Assembly: GCA_964255285.1 (NCBI GenBank)
Contig: CAXUUL010000045.1
Location: 1-47,626 of the forward strand
Source: Ionaspis alba
Taxonomy: Eukaryota
Length of the DNA: 47,626 nt
Direction of reading: 5' to 3'
Below the pieces are notes generated by a model. That model was not told the DNA's origin. It worked only from the letters and a program-made list of their open reading frames with translations, and did not search any database. This document shows, piece by piece, positions 11,465 through 24,700 of this stretch (positions are counted from its first letter, which is position 1; each line of letters starts with the position of its first letter). The position numbers and the translations under genes were made by a program.

Positions 11465-13704
11465 TTTGAGTGCGAGGAAACGCTTTGGATAAGTTGTCTA
11501 CAGTCGCCCGAGTGTGTTAGATGCCGCGTCAAGTGAAGACAGACATGTCGTTGAGATACCGGCGCGCCGTTGGTCGACCTGCTTCAGCGGAATCTGGGGT
11601 AAATAGCTAGCAGTTCGAGTTGCCGAGGTCGAGCTCCTTCGGTTGAATTGCCCAGTCCAGATTGTAGGGCTTGAAGGTGGGGCAGATTCATTCCACTCTA
11701 AGGAGTTCTACAAGATCTCTATTTGAGTACGACAGTTTAGTCTACCAAAAGGAAATGATCGCGGATTCGAGAAATCTTCAGTTTACAGCTTGTATAGACT
11801 TCCGGACATAACGTGAGGAACATCACCTTAATCAACGCTCAAGTAGACGCTGCCAGACGCATCCGAATAATGAAATCTTATGATATTGGATCATGTCATT
11901 CATGCTTAAGCCGGGTGTATCAGACTGCTTCGAACCCGTCATCTGACACTCGAGAAACTCTAAGAGCGAATACTTGTAACACCGTTTGGAAACTTTGGTC
12001 GTAGGTTTTTTCAACTGTCTTTGTGAACACATAGGATTGGTCACAACGTGCATACCTGGACGATATAGAGTGCATACGAGGTCGCCAGATTGAGCAAGGG
12101 AAGAAACCTTGATTCGAAGTGTTTGCCGTGCTGTCGAGTCGCCGACTTGAGTTTCGAATTTGGAGGCTATTTGCATGATTACATGAGACACCATTTGTTT
12201 GTCGTGGTTCCAGCGGCGATTGTCAAGAAGACGCGTCCCGATGAGATGAGGTCTGATGCACTGGCAGGCATATCTCACAAGGGAAATCTGCCAGATGCAC
12301 GAATCAGAGGACAGCATCAAAGAGCAAGGCTGGAAAGTTAGCAGAGGCGTCGGCCCGTCAGCGGCACATGGCGTCGGCATGGGTTCCTTGTCAGCAATTC
12401 TAGGAGAGCAAATAAGCTCCATGCTTACTTCTAGCTGGCCCAAGTGCCGAGAGACATCCCTTGCATTTCGCTCCTTTCCCCCTATTTTTTATAACAACAA
12501 TAATGCTTCCCGTGTGGTGGTCCAGTATCCGCACGAGGATGCGCAGTCGCAGCAAACTATCAGCCAGCCACCCATTTCAGTATGTCGTAATCATTGACGG
12601 AACACTACTGCTGGGAATGGAATTGGAGGAGAAGCAGAGGAAAGTGCACTGACACTCGAATATATACCCATGCCTTGAGTAGGAGCGGGAATAGAGTGGT
12701 TGTGCTGCACGAAACGGTGCATTTGCACAAGCAGCAGACAGAGAGATACTGTAGGTGGAAATGGTCGATAGATTAGGCACTGCAAATCCCCGTGCGTACA
12801 TCGACCGATCGTGCATCAGACGGGGCTGCTGGACTTCTGCCACCAGTCGTACTCGACCCTCATCAGAGGCCGTTGCTGTGAGAGGGCCCGAACTCAATTG
12901 CGCCACCAAATCCAGTGGGTTTTCCTACCCGTGGTCATTCTCAGTTCGAGATGTCGAAATATTTAATATAACTGCTACACACCTTTCACTGATGATGTCC
13001 AGCCGCTGTGACAAGCACCTCCCCTCATGGGCAGGGAACAATTACATGATTGAAAGACCAGCACACAATCATGCTCTGTAGTTGAGCAGTAGCCAATATT
13101 TAAACGGTCTAGCAGGTCCTCGTCCGTGGAGAAGAAGATCGTTGGAGGCTTTTTTAGCCAGACCGCAGTTAGAGAAACAAAAGATAGTTAGGGGAGTATG
13201 AGTACATTACAAAGTAGTAGTGGTAGAACGATTTAACCACCAACCCAGCAGACAGTTTGTTAGCGATCTTCCAAAGGACCGGTTGGCCCTGCGGCCAAGC
13301 CCGCTATTACTGTAAGCTGGGATGCGTCCCGGGATTTGTTTCTTGCGCCTTTGGCTGGGAGGCGGATACACCCTCGTCCTTTTCTCTTCCATCCCCCCAG
13401 CATAACTATCATAACCCCAAATAATGCGCTCACGCGCAATTCGACTTTCTTTTCCCTGACGCGTACTCTTCATCCTTCAGCTCGACCAGTATCCTATCAT
13501 TTCTACAACGCACCGGTGAGCTGTGAGGAGCTAGTGGGAATCGCATCCCTCATTCACATGTTGATTCTTGTGCTACGAAGACCCTCCCTCCTCCAACCTA
13601 AAACACCAAACGCTTCACTTCAGCATAGGAATATACACAACCACCAGAAGTGAACGAACAAACCTCCGCTACCATTTTGTCGCCACCGGCGAAACTCGCG
13701 AGAC

Positions 13705-16700
13705 ATGGCAAGCTCTCCAACACCCGCCTCGCCATCCGAGAGGCCTCAGAGACCGATGAGCGCCTTGATACGTCCGCCCCGAAGCAATAGTCGCATGAGC
13801 ATCGGCAGCAAACAAGGCGGTAGTCGGGCTTCGGACGACGATGGCAAAACCTCAGTCAAAGTTGGTATGTCAATAAGCTCAACTATTTCACAACGAGGAG
13901 CGCCGTTGGAGACCGAAAACGTGATGCTGATGAGATCTTAGCCGTTCGCATACGACCGCCGCTCAAACCTACAGATCCTGGCTTTGATCTTATTCCCCAG
14001 CGATTCCAAAGATCCATGGTCCAAGTGACCTCTCCTACCAGCTTGGCAGTTGATTCACCGCAGGGACGCAAACTGTTCGTCTTCGACAAGGTTTTTGGCG
14101 AGGACATATATCAAGATGGCGTCTGGGAGTATGTTTCGGAAAGCGTCAGCGCCTTTGTCCAAGGCTACAATGTTTCCGTACTCGCCTACGGACAATCTGG
14201 CGCCGGGAAGTCATTTACTATGGGCACTTCTGGCCCAGCAGAACAGGGTGACCCGAAACTCATGGGTAGGTGGCGTGAAATGACCTCGAAATTGACTAAT
14301 ACGGCTGACATAACGACTAGGTGTCATTCCGAGAGCCGCAGCTGTGCTGTTCGACAAGCTCGCTGGACCCCCAAGCTTGAGTCGCAATTCATCCGGCATC
14401 AGAACTCCCACAAGATACTCAACAAATTCCGTTCAAACACTTCAGAGTCTCGCCAAAGCAGCTAGTGATAAAACGTGGCAAATGAAAGCCACTTACGTTG
14501 AGGTAATCCACGTGGAGATGAGCGAAATGCAGGAGGTGCTAAAGGTGCGCGCAGATATATAATGAACAACTTCGAGATTTGCTCTTGCCTGAAAACACCC
14601 CTTCCAGCGAGAGAGGCACAGTCAGCATCCGAGAAGACGTCAAAGGTCGCATCTTACTTACCGGTTTACACCAAGTGACAATCAACTCCATTGACGATCT
14701 GCTCAACGCTCTCAATTTTGGGTCGACAATCCGCCAGACCGACTGCACAGCCATCAACGCCAAATCCTCACGCTCCCATGCCGTCTTCAGTATCAACTTG
14801 GTCCAACGCAGGAGCAAAAGCCACCAGACTTCGACCCAGGAGAAGCGCATGTCGGTACCATTGGAAGCGATGACAGGATTAGACACTTCGATCACTGTTG
14901 ATAGCAAGCTGCACTTTGTGGACTTGGCCGGAAGCGAAAGGCTGAAGAATACCGGCGCATCGGGCGAACGCGCCAAAGAGGGCATTTCGATCAACGCTGG
15001 TCTCGCGAGCCTGGGTAAAGTGATCTCGCAGCTTTCGTCCCGCCAAGCTGGCTCTCATGTCTCTTACCGTGACTCAAAGCTGACTCGCCTGCTGCAAGAC
15101 TCTCTGGGTGGAAACGCTATCACTTACATGATTGCATGCGTTACGCCTGCCGAGTTCCACCTTAGTGAGACGCTGAATACTGTACAGTATGCTCAGCGGG
15201 CTCGTGCCATTCAAAGTAGACCGCAGATACAGCAAGTCTCGGACGAGAGTGACAAACAAGCTGTCATAGACCGTCTCCGTGCCGAAGTCTCCTTCCTGCG
15301 TGAGCAGATGCGACTCACCGAAAGGGGAGACCGATTTGGTGGAGCTCCCCAAGAACGAGCGGAGCGGCAGAACGAACGCGAGATCGAGCTGCAAAACCAT
15401 CTGCTTGACGTCCAGGAGAATTATTCTGCGCTCAGCCAACGCCATGCAAAGCTCATTTCTGAAATCACCAAAGCTCGAGATCACAACTCAGGAGACACGC
15501 CAACGTTGACGGGAGCGATTGGAGACAGCGCTGTAGAAAGACTGAAACGTTCCAACTCGTTTGCTGAGGCAGTGGAGCAGGTGGTCTTGGAGTACGAAAC
15601 GACGATTCAAAGCCTTGAGTCGTCACTTTCGAACACTAGGTCTTCACTATCCTCGACAGAGAGCAGCTTACTAGAACGGGAAACCAAATGCGCCTATGTG
15701 GAGACTGTCAATCAACAATTGCAGGCTCGAATACAGAAGTTGATCGATCGGGAGTCAAGCACTGAGCAATACCTTCACGACCTCGAGGCCAAACTTGACG
15801 GGCGCAATGACGGAGAAGAAAAGAACTCTATGGTGATGACGGACTTGCGGAAAGAGATAGGAAGGCTCCGCGAGAACGAAGCCACTTGCGAAGATTACAT
15901 TTCGACTCTGGAAGAGAGACTCGCAGAAGCAGACCAGGACTCTGAGTTAATGCACCGAGAAATCAGTCGTCTTGAGCACGTCGTGGAGCGACAACGGAGC
16001 CTTGGCAAGCTTGATAATCTTCTCTATGAACTTGACCACATTCAATCCAATGATAAGCCCATCGAGGAATCGCACGCCACCAACGGAATTGCGAAGGAAA
16101 GGCCTGCTACTGTTAGAAAACGTCAGTCCTCGATGGCTACGCTTAAAGAAGCCATGGAGACTCCGATCCCCGAGTCTGATGAAGAAATTGGAGAGCATCC
16201 GCCGATCGTGAGCCCCGAACGCGCACGAGAACAGAAGTCAAAAGTCGAAGCATATGCTCAAAGCCCGGCCCAATCGAAGTTTGTGGCTGAGAAGCTCGAA
16301 AGTGTTAATCAGGAGCTATTCGACCTTCGAGTTGAGCACGAGTCAACTGTAAATGAATTCGATTTGCTATCTGCGAAATATGAAGAAGCTCTCCGTACGC
16401 TTGCCGCCCTTCAAGACGCGGTGGACGAATCGCGCCAGACACCGAGTCGACCTGCGTCTTTTTTAGCAGATGCGAGGGTGAAAGAAATCAAGGACGCTGG
16501 ACAATCATCATCCTCGCGTTCGCTATCATCGGAATTGTCCTCGGCTGGGGCGTTGCCCATTGCATCAGAACATTCGACTATAGTATCCAGTATCAACAAA
16601 TCAGAAAACACCATTCCACCGCAACAGCAAGTTGACGAATCCGATTACCTACGGGAGGTAGAATATCTTAAGAGTTTGCATGCAGAAAGGGAGGAAGAGA

Positions 16701-19083
16701 TGAGCTTTCTGCAGGACAAGTATCTCGCTCTTCAAGAGCAGCATGAGGAGGAGGTCGGTATGCTCAGGGCCGAAATCCAAAGAGCCAAACTGACCGTTCC
16801 TGCCTCACCTACCTCACCCGTCATCAGAAGAAAGTCGAGCCAAAACATTATGAGCGTTGATCGGGCTCATCGCTACATCGCTTCGTTGACAAACATTGCC
16901 CAGGAAAACTTCGACGACAAGCCGGATACTAAGCAAAGCTTTGATTTCAATCTGCAAGCAGTCATGATGGAGCTGCATCAGAGATCCGAGCGAGTTCAAG
17001 TTCTTGAGTCTGATCTGGCAAACGTCAAGAAGGAGATGGAGACGAAGATGACCATCATCGCAGGCTTGACCCGCGAAAGATCCAGCCTGAAAGGGTCATC
17101 TCCCATGGACATGTCGATGTATTCTTCCATGAGGGATCAGCTCTTGCAGAGCGAGAATCAGATTAGAATCTTGCACGAGGCTTCTGCATTCCGAGAGAGG
17201 GAATTGGCCCAGGAGATCGAGTCACTAAAGGATTCTCTCGCATCTTATAACCAGAGCAGTAAGTCGGACATGCCTGGAGTCTTCCCCGAGACGCCTGCTG
17301 CCATATCCAATGGGAACAAGGAGATCAATTCTGAGCAAGCCGGAACATTCGACAACCAGAACCATGATGCCTCTCATCTTCATCAAGAACTCTTGCAATG
17401 GCAGACCAGGCATAAAGATGCAGTGGACTCAATGCAGGCTTCTGAAAACAAATTGCTCGCCACCGTCGCCCAGCTTGAAGCTTCTCTCGCAAGTATGGAG
17501 ACCATGCGTCAAAAGCACTCCGAAGAGCTCGAGACTCAATCTAGGAGCCTGTCAGACGCTACGGCTCAATCTGAGAAAGACCGTGAAAAGCACGCAACGA
17601 CCATACGTTCTCTAAGTACTGAGATAGACAATCACAAGACGACCATCGACTCTCACCTAGAGAAAATTCGGAATCTAGAGCTTTCCCAGGTCGATGCTCA
17701 ACGACAGATTGAAGAAGGGAACCAATTCCGACTGGCTACTCAAAAGCATCTGGACGTCCACCGCGACCAGATAGCATTACTCGAGCAGCAGTTGGTAGAG
17801 CATCAGTCTGCTGTCGAGTTCCACAAACATGGTCTGAAATCCCTACACGATTCCCATGCACATGAGGTCGATGAAGCACGTTCGTCCACGCTCAAGCACG
17901 CCGAAGCAGATGCAGAGGCTCGTATCTTGGAATTGAAAACTCAACATACCGAAGAAATCTCCACGCTCGAGAGCAAGATCAAAGATCTTGAGCAACGGGT
18001 TCAGACTCATCAGTCGGCAATGAATAATCATCAGCGTACGCGTGATGAGCAAGGAACTAAATTGGAAGATCTTGAACGTGACAAGACAATTAACATCGAA
18101 TCAACAACAGAAGCTAAGAAGGACCTCCAAGGAGCGCAACTGAGCTTAGATGAGGCTCTGCAGGAGAAAGCTAATGCTGAAGCTTCATTGAGGAGTGCAC
18201 ATGAAAAGGTTGAAGAGTTGACCGTGGCCAAGAGCAAATTGATTGAGGAGCTAGAGAACCTCCGCGAGAAGGAGCAACGAGCCAGTCGGCTAGTGGAGGA
18301 GCTGGAAGGGCAGCTGTCGTCCACCTTTGAGGACAGCAGGGCAACAAGCAGTCGACTTTCGCTAATGCAGAATTCGCGCGATCAAGAAGTCTTGGAAGCT
18401 CGTGCTGCAACTGCCAAGGCACAAGAGGAGATCGGTGTCCTGAGTAAACGTCTCGAACAGCTCGAGGTATGTATTTTCATTGACGACAGAGATCGATCTA
18501 TATGCTAATCGCGATAAAGTCCAAACGAGGTAGCACATCCAATTACCTTGACGGCCAGCAATTCAATGAACGATCGAATTCTATGACTTCGAACCTTCGA
18601 AAGAGCGCTTCAGTGGCATCTCTCCCATCCCCACCACCCGCAATACCTTTGCCACCATTACCAACCGCAATCTCAAATCCAATTGCTGGAAACGCCCCCA
18701 GCTCACCTCCAGAGTCCAACCATGCAAGCAAGGAACTTGTGAGTGCTCAGCATGCAGAAGACCAAGAAGCTCGGATTCGTACTATCGAGAAGCATTTATT
18801 TGCAGAGAAGCAGCTCACTGCCACACTCGAAGAAGCTTTGGTCGACCTTGAGACTCAGAGCAACAAAGTCAAGGCCGATGTCGAAGCGTGGAAGAAGAAG
18901 GCATGGGCCTATGAGGACGAATTGACGGCATTAAAGAAGGAGCGGAACTCTAATAGATATTCCCTCCAGGCCGTCGAGGAAGAACGAAGCGCGAGGAAGG
19001 CGGCCGAGGCCGCCAGAGCACACTTGGAAGCAAGGATGGCAGCCATCAATAAGAAGAAGAAGTCAAGCTTCAATTGCTTCTAG
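13705..19083 (+). CDS. Kinesin motor protein, kinesin-4 (KIF4/KIF21)-like, with a long coiled-coil tail; 5 coding exons
   Basis: Introns 13865-13941, 14266-14320, 14503-14554 and 18467-18519. Motifs: AVRIRP, P-loop YGQSGAGKSFTMG, SSRSHAVF, FVDLAGSER and HVSYRDSKLTRLLQDSLGGN. A possible 5'-UTR intron lies at 13516-13580. The subfamily call comes from architecture only. Confidence 0.93.
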
Positions 19084-19720
19084 GCGCATTTGTTTTGCTG
19101 AAGGAGATTACCTTGAACTGTAGCGAAGGAGAAAAGGTGTCTTCAGGTTTTCATCGTGCTGGAGGATAGCTTTGCATCAGGAAGGTGCACAGGACTCATC
19201 CACGTTGGCGGTACTCTGCACAAACTCCCTCTTTCCTAATGTACTTTTTATGATTACGTTTGGCATATACCCTTTTTCCTAGCGCGAAAGTGCTTGTATG
19301 GATTAGATAGAGGTGCGCCTGTACTCTACCTGCTGTGCAGAGCAGTGTAAGAAATGAATGGTGGATATAAAAGCAGAGTTGATCTTCGTCGAAGTTGTAT
19401 TCCACTGGCGTAGTCGCGAACTCAGTAACTAGGTATGTGGTTAGCAATTACGATAAGCGTATCAAGTTTCACAACTGCGGTTCGGGCGCTTTACATCAAA
19501 ATGCGTGAAATTCAAACCTATACGAATAGGAAATCCCTGGGTTTCAACGAATTCTCTAGGGATGGTGTCCCATTAATAGAGCTTCGCCATCATGATCGAA
19601 TGTCGTCCTGTTGTTCGAGGCAACCTATCCAGTTCTCTCTATCCGTTTTGTAACCATGCTCTGTGAATACCCTAATATTATACAACCTATATTCTGTGCA
19701 CTTTCCTAATCTTACGCAAT

Positions 19721-21263
19721 ATGACCAAACACAAAAGCATCGTCTTCTTCCACCCTGATTTAGGCATCGGCGGTGCGGAGCGTCTGGTTATCGATGCGGC
19801 AGTTGGTTTACAAAATCTCGGGCATAGAGTCACGATATTTACGTCCTATTGCGACCCTAGCCACTGCTTCGATGAAGCTCGAGACGGTACGTTCCGTCCT
19901 GGTTGCGGCGTCTCCATTCCCCTACCTATAGCTCCTCGAACGTTTTATGAGAGGAGTCAATCTTACTCCGTCGCTGATAGGTACACTCGATGTTCGTGTC
20001 CGGGGCAGCACTCTCTTCCCTGCTACCATATTGGGCCGCTTCAAGATCCTTTTCGCAATTCTCCGCCACTATCATCTCCTTCTATCTATCACCATGAGTG
20101 GTGAGCTGGCGAAGCTGCAGCCAACTGCGTTCTTCGTGGACCAGCTCTCTACCGGCATTCCATTGATGCGGTATCTCAACCCTGAAACACGGATACTCTT
20201 CTACTGCCACTTCCCCGACCTTTTGCTTGTGCAACAGAGAGGATGGTGGATGAAGAGATTATGGAGACTGCCTTTCGACTGGCTTGAGGGATGGAGCATG
20301 CGGGGTGCGGATCGGGTGGTCGTGAACAGTGGGTTCACGAGGGGAGTTGTCGACGGGATTTGGAAAGGGCTGGGTGGTGAGAGAGGCATCGGGATCGTGT
20401 ACCCGTGTGTGGACACGGTAGCTCAACATGGGGAGAAGAACGAATCCGGAGTGAATCATGGGGCAAGAGAGGGGCCGTTGTGGGAGGGGAAGAAGGTCGT
20501 ACTTAGTATTAATCGGTTTGAGAGGAAAAAAGATGTCGGCCTTGCTATCAGGGCCTTTGCAGGGCTGGAAGAGAAAGCGAGGAGGGGGTCAAGGCTGGTG
20601 ATCGCTGGTGAGAAGCTCCGCATTGTATAGTATAGAATATGCTAATCTCTACTAGGAGGCTACGACAGTCGTGTTCAAGAGAATGTAGCATATCACGAAG
20701 AGTTGGAAGCTCTGGCCACTGGATTAAGGATGAGAGTTGCAACTACTAAGAACTTTGTCACCGCCCTCAACATACCAACTGATATTGAAGTCCTCTTCTT
20801 GTTGTCGGTACCAGCTCAGATGAAGTCCATGCTCCTCAACGCTGCAAGATTGCTGGTGTACACACCTTCAAACGAGCACTTTGGAATCGTGCCTTTGGAA
20901 GCAATGCTGGCTGAGGTCCCAGTACTGGCAGCAAATAGCGGAGGGCCGTTGGAGACGATTGTCGATGGAGAAACTGGTTGGTTGCGAACGCCCGAGAAAG
21001 TGGAGGAGTGGATGCAAGTGATGCAGCACGCCTTGTCGAGCACATCGGGCAGCCAGCTTATACAAATGGGACGTGCAGGGAAAGAGAGGGTGAGAACAGA
21101 GTTCTCGGAGACGAAAATGGCGAGGAGGTTAGATGAAGAGTTTGCCTCAATTATGGACGCGCCCAGGGTAGTATCCCGAGAGGTTCAGGATATCCTGGTT
21201 GCAGTAGGCATTGTAAGCATGGCGGTCTTCGCCTTGATAGCTTGGTCATTCAGACCACAATAA
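19721..21263 (+). CDS. ALG2: Alpha-1,3/1,6-mannosyltransferase (GT4) for lipid-linked oligosaccharide synthesis; 3 exons
   Basis: Introns 19887-19980 and 20608-20655. Motifs: FFHPDLGIGGAERLVIDAA, FYCHFPD, SINRFERKK and YTPSNEHFGIVPLEAM, plus a C-terminal TM segment. Confidence 0.96.
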
Positions 21264-21736
21264 CAGAAATCGGTTCAAGGACGAACCTGTCATGGGAACC
21301 CCTGCTCAAGATGCACGCATATATTGTGCGTATTCTGGCGTCACGCGAGTGAAACAAACAATCCATGCAACTTCGTGGAACATAGCACTAGAAAGACACC
21401 GTCGACATATCCATAAACACGTTTCGTGCACCTTCTAGAGCCGCCTGGCTACTCGGCCCTATGTATTTTCCATAGTTGGCACATCAAGCCTTCACTTTCC
21501 CTTCGGAGCCATGGTTTGGTATTATTCCTTCACTATGGAAGCTCAGTAGTCGTTATTCATGCAAGGGTTGATTTCATCACCATGACGAGGAGGACGTCCG
21601 CGAATCATTTGTATACCACCACGAATTTCGCACCATACATGCTGCCTTTAATTAATGGGGCTTTCTAAGCTCTCAAGATTGTTCTTACCTATCTGTCGAG
21701 AGATAGGAACCCAACCTCGCAGCTCTGCCTAGCAGG

Positions 21737-24700
21737 ATGGACAACCACAACGACGGCGACCTCCAGCGCACCTCATCCCACACCTCCACCAAATCCAACA
21801 GAAGCCATAGGTCTCTCAATGTCCGTGCTAAATCTCGAAAGCATTCTTCCGCAGTATCCACTGCGCAGACCACACCTACTACAGCACATACGGAGAAGTC
21901 TCTGACTTCATTTCCTTCGCTTTCTCCAGAAAATTCTCCCGTAGCTACAAGTGATGGCAAGCCTCACAGCAAGATACGCACCATGTCGGATACTCAGACA
22001 CCACGAAAGTCTGCAAAGAACAAACCATCGATCGTTGACAGCTTGACGACAAATTCTCCATCCTTCCGCGGTCGATCCGCGCTCTTCAACGATTCCCCTA
22101 CGAGCCCTGACCAGCATGTGCCTGGAGCGTTGAACCATGCGAGTGATGAACATATCAGGCGTCTGGTATCACGTACAGGAGTTGTTGCTCTTGTCAGACA
22201 AATGGCGGAGGATCTAGCGCAACGGGACGCAGAGATGACAAATATCAGACTGAGGGCGGAAGCAAGGGAGAGGGAGCTGAAGAGGATGCTTAGAGAGGTC
22301 GAAGTGTCGAACCTAGACATAGAAAGAAGACTGCACCACATCGATAATCCCACAGAGGTGCATACGAAAGGAGTAGGCAATCGGCTAGGACAGGTGGTGA
22401 AGGAGGGCTCAAAGGATGAGCATGCAGAGACGTCGAATGGGATTCATGAAATGGTGGGAGAAGCAATGGATGACAAACTTACACAAGGGAACAGCGAGGA
22501 AGTAATAGAGGACTACAAGGACGCCTTGGCAAGGCACGAGCGCCAATCTACGATCAAGGCTACTGGCATTGCGAACCCAGACGGCGATGGTGTCTCTACG
22601 AGCTCTAGCTCAGGGTTCCCAAATATGTCAAAACTCACCACAAAAGGATGGAAGGACTACTTATGGAGTGGTACCGGGACCAGCCGCAAGACGAGTCAAG
22701 CCAGCAGCACACTAACTGATCAAGATGGAGGCGCAGAAAGCTTTACTCGGTCCAGAACGGCCAGTGGAGCAACGTCAAAGCGAAAGGGTCTCAACGCAGA
22801 TTTGTTCCAGCCTCCAAAAACATTGCTACATACTAAGAATGGAGATGCTCTGCAAGCTGTTGGAGATCAGATGGATCGCTCGAGCGCGCGATCTCGAGGG
22901 TCTTCCATGACTTCGTGGACCGTAAAATTATTCGCCGGCAATCCTCAAGCTGGCCGCGAAGCAGATGGTGAAAATTCTGTCCGTGACAGATCTGTGACCT
23001 CTGGCAGTGGAAAGCCGTCCCGTAAAGGTTCAATGGCATCTATGCAGACATCCACCTCAGCCAGAGCATCGTTGCTGAAGATCAGCGGCATGACATTAGC
23101 AAATCAGCCAATTCGAAAGACCTTCCAACCTCTCGGTCTAGGACCTAATGGGACAGTTAAAGGCTCATCTCAGTCCAGCCACAGTGTGCCTCCGGGGAGC
23201 CCTGCTTCTATCGACACTGGGCACAACCTTGGACCAGTGGAAATGGACACGATTCTGCCCTATGACTCAAAGCCCCCAACTTTGACACCTTACCAGAACA
23301 ACCTCGACGCAAGTGCCGAGTTTCTGACCGATAGATTTGGCTTCATCTATGATAATCGTCGAAGGAAGAAAGAAGCAGAAGCTACCTCTAGAACTGGCAA
23401 CGGTGTCTCAAATAAGGAAATGCTCAGTAACGCTAGGGACATGTCTGATACAGATGCGAGGAGCGACCAGAATTCTGTGAGGCCCGATACGCCGGCTTCT
23501 ACGGACCACAGATCCGAGGAGAAGCCTACTAAGAAGTGGCAAGATTACCTAAAGATTGCTACGTTTCCCACGGAGCTTCTATCCCATACTCCAAGTTCGA
23601 GTACTGTACTGACTCTGGCCAATTCCGAGATCAAGAAGTCATTGAAGCGGTCACCAACCTTTGGTGACACTGACGAGGTCGCACCTGTTTCGAGTCCAAA
23701 TCCACAGCCGTCTGCATCTTCAATCACGGCGGGAAAGGCAGAAATATCTAAACCGTCTATGAGTACATCGGCAAGCCCGTTAATACCAATGCACGCGGAT
23801 GTGGAGCCGGTAAAGCTGTTGCTAGCCCAGCTTACGGAGTTGCACGATTCCTTGCAGCGAGATAAGACTGTGAAATGGAATGAATTCCTGCGTAAAGTAC
23901 GTGCGGAGCGGCGCAAGGAAGATGAGTCTGCTGCAGCCTCAGATACCCGCTCGCAAAAAGCCGATACACCGGAGGTAAACATTGCGGATGGAGAAATCAT
24001 AGGCATTGCAACGCTCGGCAACAAGGGACGGATAGGGCGGGCCAAGTATAAGGAGTTCAAATCTCTGGTCCTTGCGGGCATTCCTGTTGCCCATCGTGCT
24101 AAGATCTGGGCCGAGTGCAGTGGTGCGTCTGCGCTTCGTGTTCCTAGCTACTACGAAGACCTGGTTAAGAATGGTGTTGATGACCCCATCATTCTCGCTC
24201 AGATTCAGATGGATATCAATCGCACCCTCACGGACAACGTCTTCTTCCGGAAAGGACCGGGAGTGGCGAAGCTCAACGAGATCCTACTTGCTTATTCCCG
24301 GCGTAACCCTGAGGTGGGTTACTGTCAGGGTATGAATCTCATCACGGCATCGCTACTGCTGATCATGCCAACGGCCGAAGACGCTTTCTGGGTACTTGTA
24401 TCCATGATCGAGAATATCTTGCCTCGACATTACTACGATAATTCCTTACTGACCAGCCGTGCTGATCAGCAAGTCCTAAGACAATATGTTGCGGAACTGC
24501 TACCTCGATTATCAGCCCACTTAGATGCTCTTGGTATCGAGCTTGAAGCATTGACTTTCCAATGGTTTCTCTCACTCTTCACCGACTGCCTTTCGGCAGA
24601 GGCATTGTATCGCGTGTGGGATGTCCTTCTTTGCTGCAAAGATGAAGACGGGAACGGCGGTTCGACCTTCTTGTTCCAAGTCGCACTGGCCCTGCTGAAG

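Noticed and set aside
11800..13100. 203-aa minus ORF (11832-12443) and overlapping short ORFs between the SDR and the kinesin
   Set aside because: Non-ATG start, atypical composition, no motifs and no coherent splice model.
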